Source: Myxococcota bacterium (lineage in GTDB: Bacteria > Myxococcota_A > UBA9160 > UBA6930). From it: a DNA stretch of 64,000 bases. Under the pieces are notes generated by a model. It had not been told where the DNA came from, ran no database searches, and saw only the letters and a program-made list of their open reading frames with translations. The translations under genes were made by a program, and so were the position numbers. Below, piece after piece: positions 27,869-37,385 of this stretch (the first letter of the stretch is position 1; each line of letters starts with the position of its first letter). The stretch lies in the NCBI GenBank assembly GCA_965223705.1, contig OZ245015.1, positions 1,952,001 through 2,016,000 of the forward strand, given 5' to 3'.

Positions 27869-29593
27869 CTAGGTGATCACCGGCTGTGCGAGCGCTGCGG
27901 ACAGGCTTGCGTGGACTTCCTCGGCGAACAGGCGGGCTTTCTTGTTCGAAGGCGGCAGCGGCTCGTCGTGGAAGAAGCTCGGAAGTTCGTCGTCGGCTCG
28001 CGTGAACCCGGCCGCGACGTTAAACGCCGCTTCGAGGCGCAGGGTCTCGCGCCCGATGTGTTCGAGGCCTGCGACGTCCATTTCCGTACCCAGGGCCTGA
28101 TGGATGGCGTCGGCGATGAGTTCGAAGTTCGTGTTCGTCACGCTGCGACCGAAGACACACAAGCCGAGTGAATCGGCGATGGCGCACAGGACCTGGATCT
28201 CGTAGCTCGCGGCCGTGAGCTCCGCGACGCTCTTCCCCTCGCACTCGAACGTGGGAATGTTCCCCGCGGTGTGGTCGGCGCCCTGCGCGGTGAGCATCAT
28301 CGAGATACCGGTGACTTCGATGAGACGCGGATCGTACGCGCTGATCGCTTGGCGTTTGATGACCGGCACGCGTGCGAGGCCCCTGGCTTCGCCGACGCGC
28401 GCTGTGCCCTGGGCGAGGAACCGGCCGCGTTCGGTGCCGGCGGCGATGTCGGCAAACGCCTGCTCCATGAAGGCGACGTCTCCGAAGGGTGCTTCACCGG
28501 CTTCCATCAACAACGCGAGCGTCGCGCCGACCTCGATCGTGTCGACCCCCAGATCGTTCGCCAGTGCGTTCATGCGCGCGATGTCGTCCGGGTCTTCGAG
28601 ACCGCAGTTCGAGCCCAAGAGCCCGATGGTCTCGTACTCGAGCGGCGAGACAATCTCTTCGCCCCGATCGTCGGCGTAGACATTGCTGCACTTGATTTGG
28701 CAGCCCGGCATACAGGCGTGTGACACTTCTCCGCCGCGCGCTTGATTGCGATCGTGGATGTGGTCGCCGCCGATCTCCAGGGTTTGTTGTTCGGGGTCGA
28801 CGAGCTGACCCTCACTGAAGTTGCGCACCGGAAGGGCCCCGACCCGGTTCGTGAAATCGGCCACCAACGCCGTGCCGAAACTCGAGAACGCCTGCACAGG
28901 GGCCGAGTCGCGGAGCAGCGCGCCGTACTGACGGATTGCACCCATCAGCTTCTTGCGATCGTGTAGCGCGGGCATCTTGCCCTGATCCGCGACGATCGCT
29001 TTTACGCGCTTCGAGCCCATCACCGCGCCGACTCCGCCGCGGGCCGCGATACGAGACGGGCGACGATCGGTGTCGCTGACCGCGATGCCGGCCAGGAGCC
29101 CTTCGTACTCTCCGACCGGACTGCAGAGGGCGAGGCTCACTTTCTCGCCGAACTGCTCATGGAGGCGCTTCGCGGCTTCGTTGTTGCCCAGGCCGAGAAA
29201 AGCTTCCGCCGGGAGGAACGCCACGTCTCCGTCGCGCCGTAAGTGCAGGATGACCCATTCGTCGGAGGTGCTTCGGAGCGTAAAACCCGCGAGCCCTTGA
29301 TGGCCCAACGCCAAGGCGAACGTTCCCCCCGCATTGGATTCTTTGATGCCACCGGTAAGCGGGCTCTTGCAGCCGACGCTCAGTCGGTTCGCGTTCGAAA
29401 AATTCGTCCCTGCGAACGGGCCCGCCGAAAAGATCAGCGGGTTGTCGGGGCCCAGGGGATCGACGTGCGCGACGCCTTCTTCCACGAGTGTCTTCGCGAT
29501 TCGGTAGCGCCCCGCGATTGCGGCGTCCTCCGCGGAGAGTGTCCTTCGGTCGACCGTTCGGCTTTGGAGATCGATTTCGAGATAGTCGCGCAT
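27869..29593 (-). CDS. Aldehyde:ferredoxin oxidoreductase family (W/Mo-pterin)
   Basis: KSPLTGGIKESNAGG, ARGGVGAVMGSK.VKAI, CMPGCQIKC, EYET, DSLGLC; start MRDYLEID. Confidence 0.92.
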   Translation of the reverse strand: MRDYLEIDLQSRTVDRRTLSAEDAAIAGRYRIAKTLVEEGVAHVDPLGPDNPLIFSAGPFAGTNFSNANRLSVGCKSPLTGGIKESNAGGTFALALGHQGLAGFTLRSTSDEWVILHLRRDGDVAFLPAEAFLGLGNNEAAKRLHEQFGEKVSLALCSPVGEYEGLLAGIAVSDTDRRPSRIAARGGVGAVMGSKRVKAIVADQGKMPALHDRKKLMGAIRQYGALLRDSAPVQAFSSFGTALVADFTNRVGALPVRNFSEGQLVDPEQQTLEIGGDHIHDRNQARGGEVSHACMPGCQIKCSNVYADDRGEEIVSPLEYETIGLLGSNCGLEDPDDIARMNALANDLGVDTIEVGATLALLMEAGEAPFGDVAFMEQAFADIAAGTERGRFLAQGTARVGEARGLARVPVIKRQAISAYDPRLIEVTGISMMLTAQGADHTAGNIPTFECEGKSVAELTAASYEIQVLCAIADSLGLCVFGRSVTNTNFELIADAIHQALGTEMDVAGLEHIGRETLRLEAAFNVAAGFTRADDELPSFFHDEPLPPSNKKARLFAEEVHASLSAALAQPVIT

Positions 29594-29601
29594 CGAAGGA
29601 G

Positions 29602-29636
29602 AAGTTACCGACTCTGTTAGACTTTGCGCGACCTCG
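29602..29636 (+). repeat. 35-bp direct repeat, copy 1 (promoter-like)
   Basis: AAGTTACCGACTCTGTTAGACTTTGCGCGACCTCG; 33/35 identical to 30510-30544. Confidence 0.9.
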
Positions 29637-29666
29637 ATGGAGAGCGCACGTTTCCGCGAGAGCGAC

Positions 29667-30482
29667 ATGAACATTCCGTCCCGCGATATCGACCGTCTCC
29701 TTTCCGAGGGCTACTGCATCATTCCCGATGTGATCGGCGCCGAGGACTGCCGAGAAGGTAAGCGACGCCTCTGGGCTGCCGCCGAGGAAAGCGAACGTCG
29801 CGGCGCGCCGACGCGCAACGTGGGCATCGATCCCAACGAACACAACGTGCGCGTCTTCAACCTGCTGGATCTCGATCCACTCTTCCGAGAATGGATCCAG
29901 CACCCGCTGGCAATCGAGCTCGTGAGGCGGCTGCTCGGCGACGGCTTCTTGATTTCGAACTTCACGGCCAACATCGCGCTCCCGGGCGCCCGGCCGATGG
30001 AAATTCACTCGGATCAGTCGATCGTCGTGCCCGAGCCGTGGCTCGCGCCTTGGGCCATCAACATCATCTGGTGTCTCGACGACATGCACGGGGCCAACGG
30101 TGCGACGCGCTATCTGCCGGGGAGTCATCGCGTCACGCGGCGTGAGGAACTTCCCCCCGATCCGGCCGGGAGGATGGAGCCTTTCGAGGCCAAGGCCGGC
30201 TCGCTTCTCGCTGTCGACGGCCGCATGTGGCACACCTCGGGCGCGAACATCACGGCGGACGAAGAGCGGTCCCTACTCTTCGGGTACTACTCCGCGGACT
30301 TCCTGCGCCCCCAGACCAATTGGAACGCGGCACTCTCGCCGGCCACGCTCCGCAGCCTCTCTCCCCAACTGCGAACGTGGCTGGGCGTAGACGCCGAGGC
30401 CAACCTCCGCCTCGCCGAGCCGTTGGTGGTGTACGGTCCGGCAGACGGCACGAGTATGAAGGTCCCCGAGCCCAGCTCCTGA
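29667..30482 (+). CDS. Phytanoyl-CoA dioxygenase (PhyH) family Fe(II)/2OG dioxygenase
   Basis: HSD...WH triad, NGATRYLPGSH; alternative start at 29637. Confidence 0.9.
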   Translation: MNIPSRDIDRLLSEGYCIIPDVIGAEDCREGKRRLWAAAEESERRGAPTRNVGIDPNEHNVRVFNLLDLDPLFREWIQHPLAIELVRRLLGDGFLISNFTANIALPGARPMEIHSDQSIVVPEPWLAPWAINIIWCLDDMHGANGATRYLPGSHRVTRREELPPDPAGRMEPFEAKAGSLLAVDGRMWHTSGANITADEERSLLFGYYSADFLRPQTNWNAALSPATLRSLSPQLRTWLGVDAEANLRLAEPLVVYGPADGTSMKVPEPSS

Positions 30483-30509
30483 GACCCGCGCATTTGCGGA
30501 GCGGAAGGT

Positions 30510-30544
30510 AAGTCACCGGCTCTGTTAGACTTTGCGCGACCTCG
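30510..30544 (+). repeat. 35-bp direct repeat, copy 2 (promoter-like)
   Basis: AAGTCACCGGCTCTGTTAGACTTTGCGCGACCTCG, followed by the SD GGAGGAG. Confidence 0.9.
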
Positions 30545-30555
30545 GAGGAGAGCCC

Positions 30556-32607
30556 GTGTTCGAACCGCGATCCGTCACGCCGATTCCCGAAGGGACACTC
30601 CTCACCAACTGCCCTCGAGATTGCTACGACAACTGCGGCATCTGGGCACAGCCGGGAGCCGACGGACGCGTCATCGTGCGCGGCGATCCGAATCACCCCG
30701 TGAGCCGTGGATCACTCTGCGGCAAATGCACCGTCGCCTACAACGGTGCCTGGCAGGATCCCGAAGCGCGTCTCCGCCATCCCCTGCGACGCGTCGGCGC
30801 GAAGGGTGAAGGTCGCTTCGAAGAAATCTCCTGGGACGACGCCGTTGGACGTGTCGCCCGAGAGCTCCGAGACATCGTCGCGGAGTCCGGCCCCGAAGCG
30901 ATCCTCCACACCCACTACTCGGGAACGATTTCGCTGCTCGCATATCTATTTCCCATGCGCTTTTTCCACCGGCTGGGCGCCAGCGAGGTCGAGCCCGACT
31001 CGATTTGCAACTTGAGTGGCCACGTCGCTTGGTCGCTGTTGTTCGGAATTTCCGTCGCGGGTTTTGATCCGCGTACGGCTCGCGACGCGTCGTCGATCTT
31101 CGTATGGGGCGCGAACCCGTCCCATACGGCACCGCACATGGACGAACATTGGTTGGGTGCGTTCTCGGGCCGCGTCGTCGTCATCGACCCCGTGCGCACC
31201 GCGACCGCGCGACGCGCTGATCTCTACCTCCAGCCATTTCCCGGGAGCGACGCGGCGCTCGCTTTCGCCCTGCTGCACCAGCTCGAAGCCCGGGGCGCTT
31301 TCGACGAAGCGTTTATTGAGGCGCACGTCCACGGCGCCGACGAAGTGCGGTCGGTCCTTGCGACGTGTACTCCCGAGTGGGGCGAGCGTGAGACAGGCGT
31401 TCCCGCGGCCGACATCCGCAAAGCGGCGGAGATCTACGCCGCGGGCCCAGCGCTCCTCTGGGCCGGGCAGGGTCTGCAGCGCCAACCCACCGGAGCGAAC
31501 ATCATGCGGGCGCTTGGCCTCCTTCCCGCGTTGACGGGAAATATCGGCAAGCCCGGCGCCGGCTTCTACTACTTGAACATCTCTCCCGCGCTCGTCGGCG
31601 GGGATCTCGACCGTTTGGCCGGCGCAGAGCTCGCCGCTTTCGATACGCCGAAGGTCAACCATATCGGTTTGGCGAGCGAGCTCGCGGCGAACGAGCGCTT
31701 CCGGGCATTTCTCTCCTGGAACACGAATCCCGTGGCATCCGCAGCCGAGCAGGGGCGCCTCCGAGAAGCCCTGTCGCGCGAGGATCTCTTCACGGTGGTG
31801 GTCGACTGCTTCCAGACCGACACGGCCGACTACGCCGATATCGTCCTGCCGGCGGCGAGCTTTCTCGAGTTTGACGATCTCACGTTCAGCTACATGAATC
31901 CGATGATCGGCGCACAACGCAAGGTGCGTGAGCCCATCGGTTCGTCACTTCCCAACATGGAGATCTTTCGCCGGCTCGCGCGCGCGATGGAGTTCAAAGA
32001 AGAGGCGCTGTACGAGTCCGACGAGGTGTTGATCGAGCGGCTGCTGTCGGAAATGGATGTCACCGAATCGTTCGAAGAACTGGCGCGCATCGGGCACCGC
32101 TTCCTGTCCGATGAGCCGATGAACTTCCACGAGGCGCTTCGCTTTTCGACACCGAGCGGCAAGATCGAAGTCGCGTCCGACGCCGCAACAGAAATGGGTC
32201 TGCCGCGAGTGCCCGCTCCCGACGCCGACGCTCGGCCCAAGGCGGGGTGGTACCGGCTTCTCTCACCGGCATCGAAGTGGCGTCTCAATGACTCGTACGC
32301 GAACGATCCGACGATTGCCAGGCAATCGGGTCCGCCGGCGGTGACGATCCATCCGCTCGATGCGCAAGCGATCGGCGTGGCCGACGGGGACCGAGTCACG
32401 CTCCACAACGCCGCCGGTCGGCTCGACTTGCTCGCAACGGTCGAGGCCGTCACACCCCCCGGCGTCTTGCTAAGCCACAAGGGGCGCTGGCCGAAGGCGG
32501 AGACGTCCGGCGCCAATGTCAACGTGCTGCACGCGCCGCGAAGCTCCGACATCCCGGGCTGTTCCGCGGTCCACGGGGTCGAAGTTCAGGTCGAAAAGGC
32601 CGTCTAG
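30556..32607 (+). CDS. Molybdopterin (bis-PGD) oxidoreductase catalytic subunit
   Basis: CPRDCYDNC...LCGK Fe-S motif, ISWDDA, WGANP, TDTADYADIVLPA. Confidence 0.92.
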   Translation: MFEPRSVTPIPEGTLLTNCPRDCYDNCGIWAQPGADGRVIVRGDPNHPVSRGSLCGKCTVAYNGAWQDPEARLRHPLRRVGAKGEGRFEEISWDDAVGRVARELRDIVAESGPEAILHTHYSGTISLLAYLFPMRFFHRLGASEVEPDSICNLSGHVAWSLLFGISVAGFDPRTARDASSIFVWGANPSHTAPHMDEHWLGAFSGRVVVIDPVRTATARRADLYLQPFPGSDAALAFALLHQLEARGAFDEAFIEAHVHGADEVRSVLATCTPEWGERETGVPAADIRKAAEIYAAGPALLWAGQGLQRQPTGANIMRALGLLPALTGNIGKPGAGFYYLNISPALVGGDLDRLAGAELAAFDTPKVNHIGLASELAANERFRAFLSWNTNPVASAAEQGRLREALSREDLFTVVVDCFQTDTADYADIVLPAASFLEFDDLTFSYMNPMIGAQRKVREPIGSSLPNMEIFRRLARAMEFKEEALYESDEVLIERLLSEMDVTESFEELARIGHRFLSDEPMNFHEALRFSTPSGKIEVASDAATEMGLPRVPAPDADARPKAGWYRLLSPASKWRLNDSYANDPTIARQSGPPAVTIHPLDAQAIGVADGDRVTLHNAAGRLDLLATVEAVTPPGVLLSHKGRWPKAETSGANVNVLHAPRSSDIPGCSAVHGVEVQVEKAV

Positions 32608-33506
32608 AGATCTCGTTCGGTCGGCAGCCGAGACGCTTCGGCGTTGAGCGCATCGAACGCCGTCTTCTTGCGCGGCCTCCGGTCGAACAAGGCTTCGGGT
32701 GGAAGCGTGTCGACGTGGTCCTCACGCTTCGGGTCCGGTCGCGAGAAGTAGCCCAGGGCGTAACTCCCCATCGTGTAGCCGAGAAGCTCTTGGAGATCTT
32801 CCGACAGCGTGGCCGCGAGCTCGGGCGGGCACGACAAGTACTGGTTTTCCTCTTGTCGCAGCCAACCGAGGCAGTAGGTGATGTTCACGCCGATGCGTTC
32901 CGAATCGGAACGGTTTTCACCGCCGCCGTGGAGCACGCTTCCGGTGTAGAGCAACACCGAGCCCGCGGGCATTTCGGCTTGCGTGAGCTCATCCTGAGTT
33001 GCGCGCCGGTCCGGCTCCCATTTCGAGCTCCCCGGAACGATCCGGGTCGCGCCGTTTTCCGCCGTGAAATCGGTCAAGGCCCAGATCGTATTGAGCTGCG
33101 GTTCGATCGTTCGGGGGAGGTAACCGCCCCACGCGAGACGGTCGCGATGCAGCGTCTGCCGACCTTGGCCGGGCATCAGCCGGATGACCTGGGTCAAGTG
33201 CAGTTGGTACCGATCGCAGTAGTCCGACAAGAAGCCGTCGCACAGCGCCCGAATTCTGGGGTGGGTGACGAGGTCTCGGCTCCGCGGGGAGCGCGCGACG
33301 AGGGCGCCGGTCCGCGAGGTCGCGCGGCCGGTGAAGTCATCGCGTCCGAGGCCTGAGCCCTCGATGTACGGTCGGAGCTCCGAGGTGAGCGCCTGCGTCT
33401 CGGTGCTCGTCAGGAGGTTGTCGATCACGGCAGCGCCATCGCGTGCGATCGCCGCGAGAATGGCGTCGGGTTCTGCGTTCGCTGAAAAATGCTCGAGAAC
33501 GGCCAT
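32604..33506 (-). CDS. PhyH family Fe(II)/2OG dioxygenase
   Basis: LHRD...LHGGGEN, DFTAENGATR, GWLRQEENQYL. Confidence 0.9.
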   Translation of the reverse strand: MAVLEHFSANAEPDAILAAIARDGAAVIDNLLTSTETQALTSELRPYIEGSGLGRDDFTGRATSRTGALVARSPRSRDLVTHPRIRALCDGFLSDYCDRYQLHLTQVIRLMPGQGRQTLHRDRLAWGGYLPRTIEPQLNTIWALTDFTAENGATRIVPGSSKWEPDRRATQDELTQAEMPAGSVLLYTGSVLHGGGENRSDSERIGVNITYCLGWLRQEENQYLSCPPELAATLSEDLQELLGYTMGSYALGYFSRPDPKREDHVDTLPPEALFDRRPRKKTAFDALNAEASRLPTERDL

Positions 33507-33508
33507 GG

Positions 33509-34285
33509 CTAATCCTCAAAAATGGCGACGGCGCGGGTGAAGCCCGCCGACGCGCCGCGGATCTTGAACGGAAAGCAAGCGATCGTGAAACCGGTTGCGG
33601 GAAGGGCTTCGAGATTATGGAGCTTCTCCAGGTGGCAATAGCCGATTTCCATCCCCGCACGGTGGCCTTCCCAGATGAGCCCCGCGTCTCCCGTCTCCGC
33701 GAATTTGTCCTTTGTGTAGACAAACGGTGCGTCCCAGCTCCACGCGTCGGTACCGGTGACGCGCACGCCGCGTTCGAGGAGAAACAGCGTCGCTTCCTTG
33801 CCCATCCCGCAGCCGGCGCTGACGTAGTCGTCATTGCCGTAGGCCTTCCCCGCGCGCGTGTTGACGACGACGATCTCGAGCGGTTTGAGCTCGTGCCCGA
33901 TGCGCTCGAGCTCTTTTTCGACGTCGACGGGAGTCACGACGTAGCCGTCATCCAGGTCGCGGAAATCGAGCTTCACGCCGGGGTTGAAGCACCACTCGAG
34001 CGGTACTTCGTCGATGGTGATGGCGCGCTTGCCGCCGTCCATCGTCGAGTGGAAGTGGTAGGGCGCGTCGAGGTGGGTGCCGTTGTGGGTCATCAACCGG
34101 ATCCACTCGATGGCCCAGCCCTCGCCGCCGGGGAGCTGATCCTTTTCGAGCCCAGGAAAGAAGGCGCTCACGTCTCCCGCCGTGTCGTCGTGATTCAAGT
34201 ACTCGATCTTCGGGCCGTAACCCGGCGGATCGGACGCGATGTCGTTTTCCAAGTAGACGGAGAGATCGACGAAGCGGCGGGCCAT
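33509..34285 (-). CDS. Cyclase family metal-dependent hydrolase (KynB-like)
   Basis: [33 protein letters not shown]. Confidence 0.9.
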   Translation of the reverse strand: MARRFVDLSVYLENDIASDPPGYGPKIEYLNHDDTAGDVSAFFPGLEKDQLPGGEGWAIEWIRLMTHNGTHLDAPYHFHSTMDGGKRAITIDEVPLEWCFNPGVKLDFRDLDDGYVVTPVDVEKELERIGHELKPLEIVVVNTRAGKAYGNDDYVSAGCGMGKEATLFLLERGVRVTGTDAWSWDAPFVYTKDKFAETGDAGLIWEGHRAGMEIGYCHLEKLHNLEALPATGFTIACFPFKIRGASAGFTRAVAIFED

Positions 34286-34365
34286 GGGTCCTTCCTCCGA
34301 TAGTCCCGGAAAGCGTAGCCCTCTCGATCCCGTGTAGCATCGGACCCGAACGCGAGGAGACAGCG

Positions 34366-35436
34366 ATGGATTTCGGCGTGTGCGTGACGACAAAGATCGA
34401 CGATGTGGGTTACATCGCGTTCGCAGAGAACCTGGGCTTTACCCACGCGTGGGTCGCCGACACGCAGATGATCTGGTCCGATTGCTACGCCGTGCTCGCT
34501 CTCGCCGCACAGCAGACGCGGCGTATTCAGCTCGGTACAGGCGTTTCGGTCGCCGGTACGCGGGCGGCGCCGGTCATCGCGCACAGCATCGCCACGATCA
34601 ACCGCTTGGCGCCGGGCAGGACGTTCCTGGGCCTCGGCACGGGGAACAGCGCGATGCGCTTGATGGGGCATCGGCCTCTGCGCCTCGGGGAGTTTACGCA
34701 CGAGCTCGAAGTGATCCGCGCATTGCTGCACGGCGAGGAGATCGTCTATTCGTGGCGCGGCGAAGAGCACGTGGTGCGGTTCGATATGGCCGAGCTCGGT
34801 TTCATCGACATCGAGCAAAGGATACCGATCTACGTGTCGGGCTTTGGACCGAAGACGCAGCGCGTCGCCGGGCGACTGGGCGACGGTCTCGTGCTTTCGA
34901 TCCCGCCTGACGCTTCGCATCTGGACCGCGCGCTCGGCAACGTCGCACGAGGTGCCGAGGAAGCCGGAAGGCCGAAACCCGGACCGGACTATTTGACCTG
35001 CTCGCTCACCATGGCCGCGATTCTTCGCCCCGGTGAGGATCTCCGCTCGGAGCGGATCCGCCGCGAGGTCGGGCCCTTCGCCATGTCGTCACTCCACTAC
35101 GTCTACGACCGCGTGCGCCAATTGGGAGGCAAGCCGCCGGCGCGACTCGGCGGGGTTTGGGAAAAGTACTGCTCACTCGTCGAGACCGTTCCCGAGTCGC
35201 ATCGCCACATGCGTATCCACGCCGGGCACTGCACGTACGTCTTGCCCGAAGAGGAGGAGCTCGTGACGCCGGAGCTCATTCGGGAAACGTGTCTGGCGGG
35301 GACGCCGGAAGAGGTGGCGGCACAGATCCGGGAACTCGAATCGCGGGGGTTGCAGCAGCTGATGTTCCTGCCCTCGCTCGAGACGCAATATTCCTACCTC
35401 CAACAGTTCGCGGATGAGGTCATGCCGATCGTCTAG
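34366..35436 (+). CDS. LLM class flavin-dependent oxidoreductase
   Basis: [35 protein letters not shown]. Confidence 0.9.
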   Translation: MDFGVCVTTKIDDVGYIAFAENLGFTHAWVADTQMIWSDCYAVLALAAQQTRRIQLGTGVSVAGTRAAPVIAHSIATINRLAPGRTFLGLGTGNSAMRLMGHRPLRLGEFTHELEVIRALLHGEEIVYSWRGEEHVVRFDMAELGFIDIEQRIPIYVSGFGPKTQRVAGRLGDGLVLSIPPDASHLDRALGNVARGAEEAGRPKPGPDYLTCSLTMAAILRPGEDLRSERIRREVGPFAMSSLHYVYDRVRQLGGKPPARLGGVWEKYCSLVETVPESHRHMRIHAGHCTYVLPEEEELVTPELIRETCLAGTPEEVAAQIRELESRGLQQLMFLPSLETQYSYLQQFADEVMPIV

Positions 35437-35466
35437 GGATTCCCCGAGGGGTAGAATCGACAAGTG

Positions 35467-35497
35467 TTCGAACGTATGTTTTAAACATTCGTTTGAA
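35467..35497. promoter_or_regulatory. TetR operator: 15-1-15 imperfect palindrome formed by two PsrA-like boxes
   Basis: TTCGAACGTATGTTT-T-AAACATTCGTTTGAA, 13/15 arm match, 20 nt upstream of the TetR ATG and just downstream of a TAGAAT. Confidence 0.8.
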
Positions 35498-35517
35498 CGA
35501 GGCCGAACTACTCTTCC

Positions 35518-36156
35518 ATGAGCGCCGACACCAAAACCGCGATTCTCGATGCGTCCGAAGCCCTTTTTGCCGAGCGAGGGATCGAGGCGAGTTCGCTGCG
35601 CGCGATCACGGCCCAGGCCGGCACCAACCTCGCCGCGGTGAACTACCACTTCGGTTCGAAGGAAGCGCTCATCGCGGCCGTCGTCGCGCGGCGGATCGCG
35701 CCGGTCAACGAAGAGCGCTTGAAGCTCCTTAACCAGCTCGAGGCCGGTCGAGAGCCCGCGACCCTCGAGGGTGTCTTGGCGGCGTTCTTCGGGCCTCCCG
35801 TACGCATGCTCGAGGGCGAAGGGGCGCAGGCTTCGCTGCTCGGGAAACTGATTTCGCGCATCTACTGGGAATCCGGCGACGAGACGCGGCGGCTGATCCT
35901 CGCGCAATTCCGGGAGGTCCTCGAGCGATTCATTCCCGCGCTCGCGGAGCAGCTTCCGGAACTTTCTCTCCGCGAGGTGGGTCTGCGTTTTCAGTTCGCG
36001 CTGGGCGTGATGGTCCACACCCTGTCCCAACGCGCGCGGACGGAGGGCGTCGAGTTCGACCTTTTTGTCGAGGACGATAGTCAGCGCCAACTCGAACGCA
36101 TGGTCGCATTCGTCGCAGCGGGCTTTCGCGCGCCCGCCTTCGGAGATAGCGAGTGA
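35518..36156 (+). CDS. TetR/AcrR family regulator (PsrA-like)
   Basis: ILDASEALFAERG...SLRAIT..AGTNLAAVNYHFGSKEALI. Confidence 0.92.
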   Translation: MSADTKTAILDASEALFAERGIEASSLRAITAQAGTNLAAVNYHFGSKEALIAAVVARRIAPVNEERLKLLNQLEAGREPATLEGVLAAFFGPPVRMLEGEGAQASLLGKLISRIYWESGDETRRLILAQFREVLERFIPALAEQLPELSLREVGLRFQFALGVMVHTLSQRARTEGVEFDLFVEDDSQRQLERMVAFVAAGFRAPAFGDSE

Positions 36157-37385
36157 GTACCGAGCTCTTTGAAGTACCGCCGGAAGCGCCTCGGCCGGTC
36201 GAAGCGCCGAAACGCAGGAGCCGGTCCGGGTGGTACGCCATCGGGGTGCTGTTGCTGGCCGGGGCCGCGGTTGTCTTCATGCTCTTGACCCGCGCCGAAG
36301 TCGAGACGCGCGCGCCGGAGATCTTGCCGCCGTTGGTGCGGACGATGACCGCCTCGCTCGCCGAGGTGGCCCTCGTGCTCGAGGCCCGAGGTACCGTCGA
36401 GCCCGAAACGGAAGCGCAAATTGCCGCGGAAGTCGCAGGCCGCGTGGAGTCCCTCTCGCCACTGCTGGTCGAGGGTGCCTTTTTCAAGGCTGGCGACGCG
36501 CTTCTCAAGCTCGATCCGAGCGACCACCGCGTGGAAGCCGACCGCGCCCGCGCCGCACTCGCCGTCCGCGAGGCGGAAGCGGCCATGGCGGAGCGGCAAG
36601 TGACCCGCTGGCGTGCTCTGTCGGAGCGCGGTGTCGCGAGCAACGCCGACCTCGACAACGCCGAAATGCAGATCGGTGTCGCGCGAGCTTCGGTCCGCGC
36701 GGCGCGTGCGGATCTCGCCCGCGCCGAGCTCAATCTGCGTCGCACCGTCATCCGGGCGCCGTTCGACGGCCGCGTGCGCAGCGTGTCGGTGGACGTCGGC
36801 GACTTCGTGGCGCGCGGCGCTCCGCTGGCGCGTCTCTACGGGACGGACACCGCAGAGGTCCGCCTGCCCGTTGCTCCCGAAGAGGTCGGGCGGCTCGGCA
36901 TCGGTCTCGACTTCGTTCGCGAAGACGCGGAAGCCGCCCCAAAGGTGGAGCTTGTCGCGTCCGTCGGCGGCGGTGACGCGTCCTGGACCGGTGTGATCGA
37001 TCGTCTCGAGGGCGAGATCGATCAGCGCGCGCGCACGGTGGGTGTGGTGGCACAAATCGAAGATCCCTTCGGCCGGATCGAGCCACTTCGCGGTCGGCCA
37101 CCGCTCACCCCGGGGATGTTCGTCAACGCCCGCATCCACGGCAGGACGGTCGAGGGAGCCGTGGTGATCCCCCGCGAAGCGTTGCGCTCGAACGATCGCG
37201 TTCTCGTGCTCGACGAAGACTCCCGGCTCCGTTTCCGCGACGTTCGAATCGTTCAACGCCGGGGGGATGAGCTCGTCGTCGGCGACGGTCTGTCCGACGG
37301 CGACCGCGTGTGCATCTCCCCGCTCGACGTCGTGACAGACGGGATGCGGGTCCGTGTAGCAGAAGCGGAGACGGCTTCCCCGTGA
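36153..37385 (+). CDS. RND efflux periplasmic adaptor (MFP)
   Basis: N-terminal TM, AEVAGRV, LRRTVIRAPFDG, PGMFV; GTGA overlap. Confidence 0.92.
   Translation: MSTELFEVPPEAPRPVEAPKRRSRSGWYAIGVLLLAGAAVVFMLLTRAEVETRAPEILPPLVRTMTASLAEVALVLEARGTVEPETEAQIAAEVAGRVESLSPLLVEGAFFKAGDALLKLDPSDHRVEADRARAALAVREAEAAMAERQVTRWRALSERGVASNADLDNAEMQIGVARASVRAARADLARAELNLRRTVIRAPFDGRVRSVSVDVGDFVARGAPLARLYGTDTAEVRLPVAPEEVGRLGIGLDFVREDAEAAPKVELVASVGGGDASWTGVIDRLEGEIDQRARTVGVVAQIEDPFGRIEPLRGRPPLTPGMFVNARIHGRTVEGAVVIPREALRSNDRVLVLDEDSRLRFRDVRIVQRRGDELVVGDGLSDGDRVCISPLDVVTDGMRVRVAEAETASP

Noticed and set aside
29602..30544. CRISPR repeats or IS ends for the 35-bp direct repeat
   Set aside because: Only two copies about 0.9 kb apart, enclosing a metabolic gene, with no cas or transposase gene.
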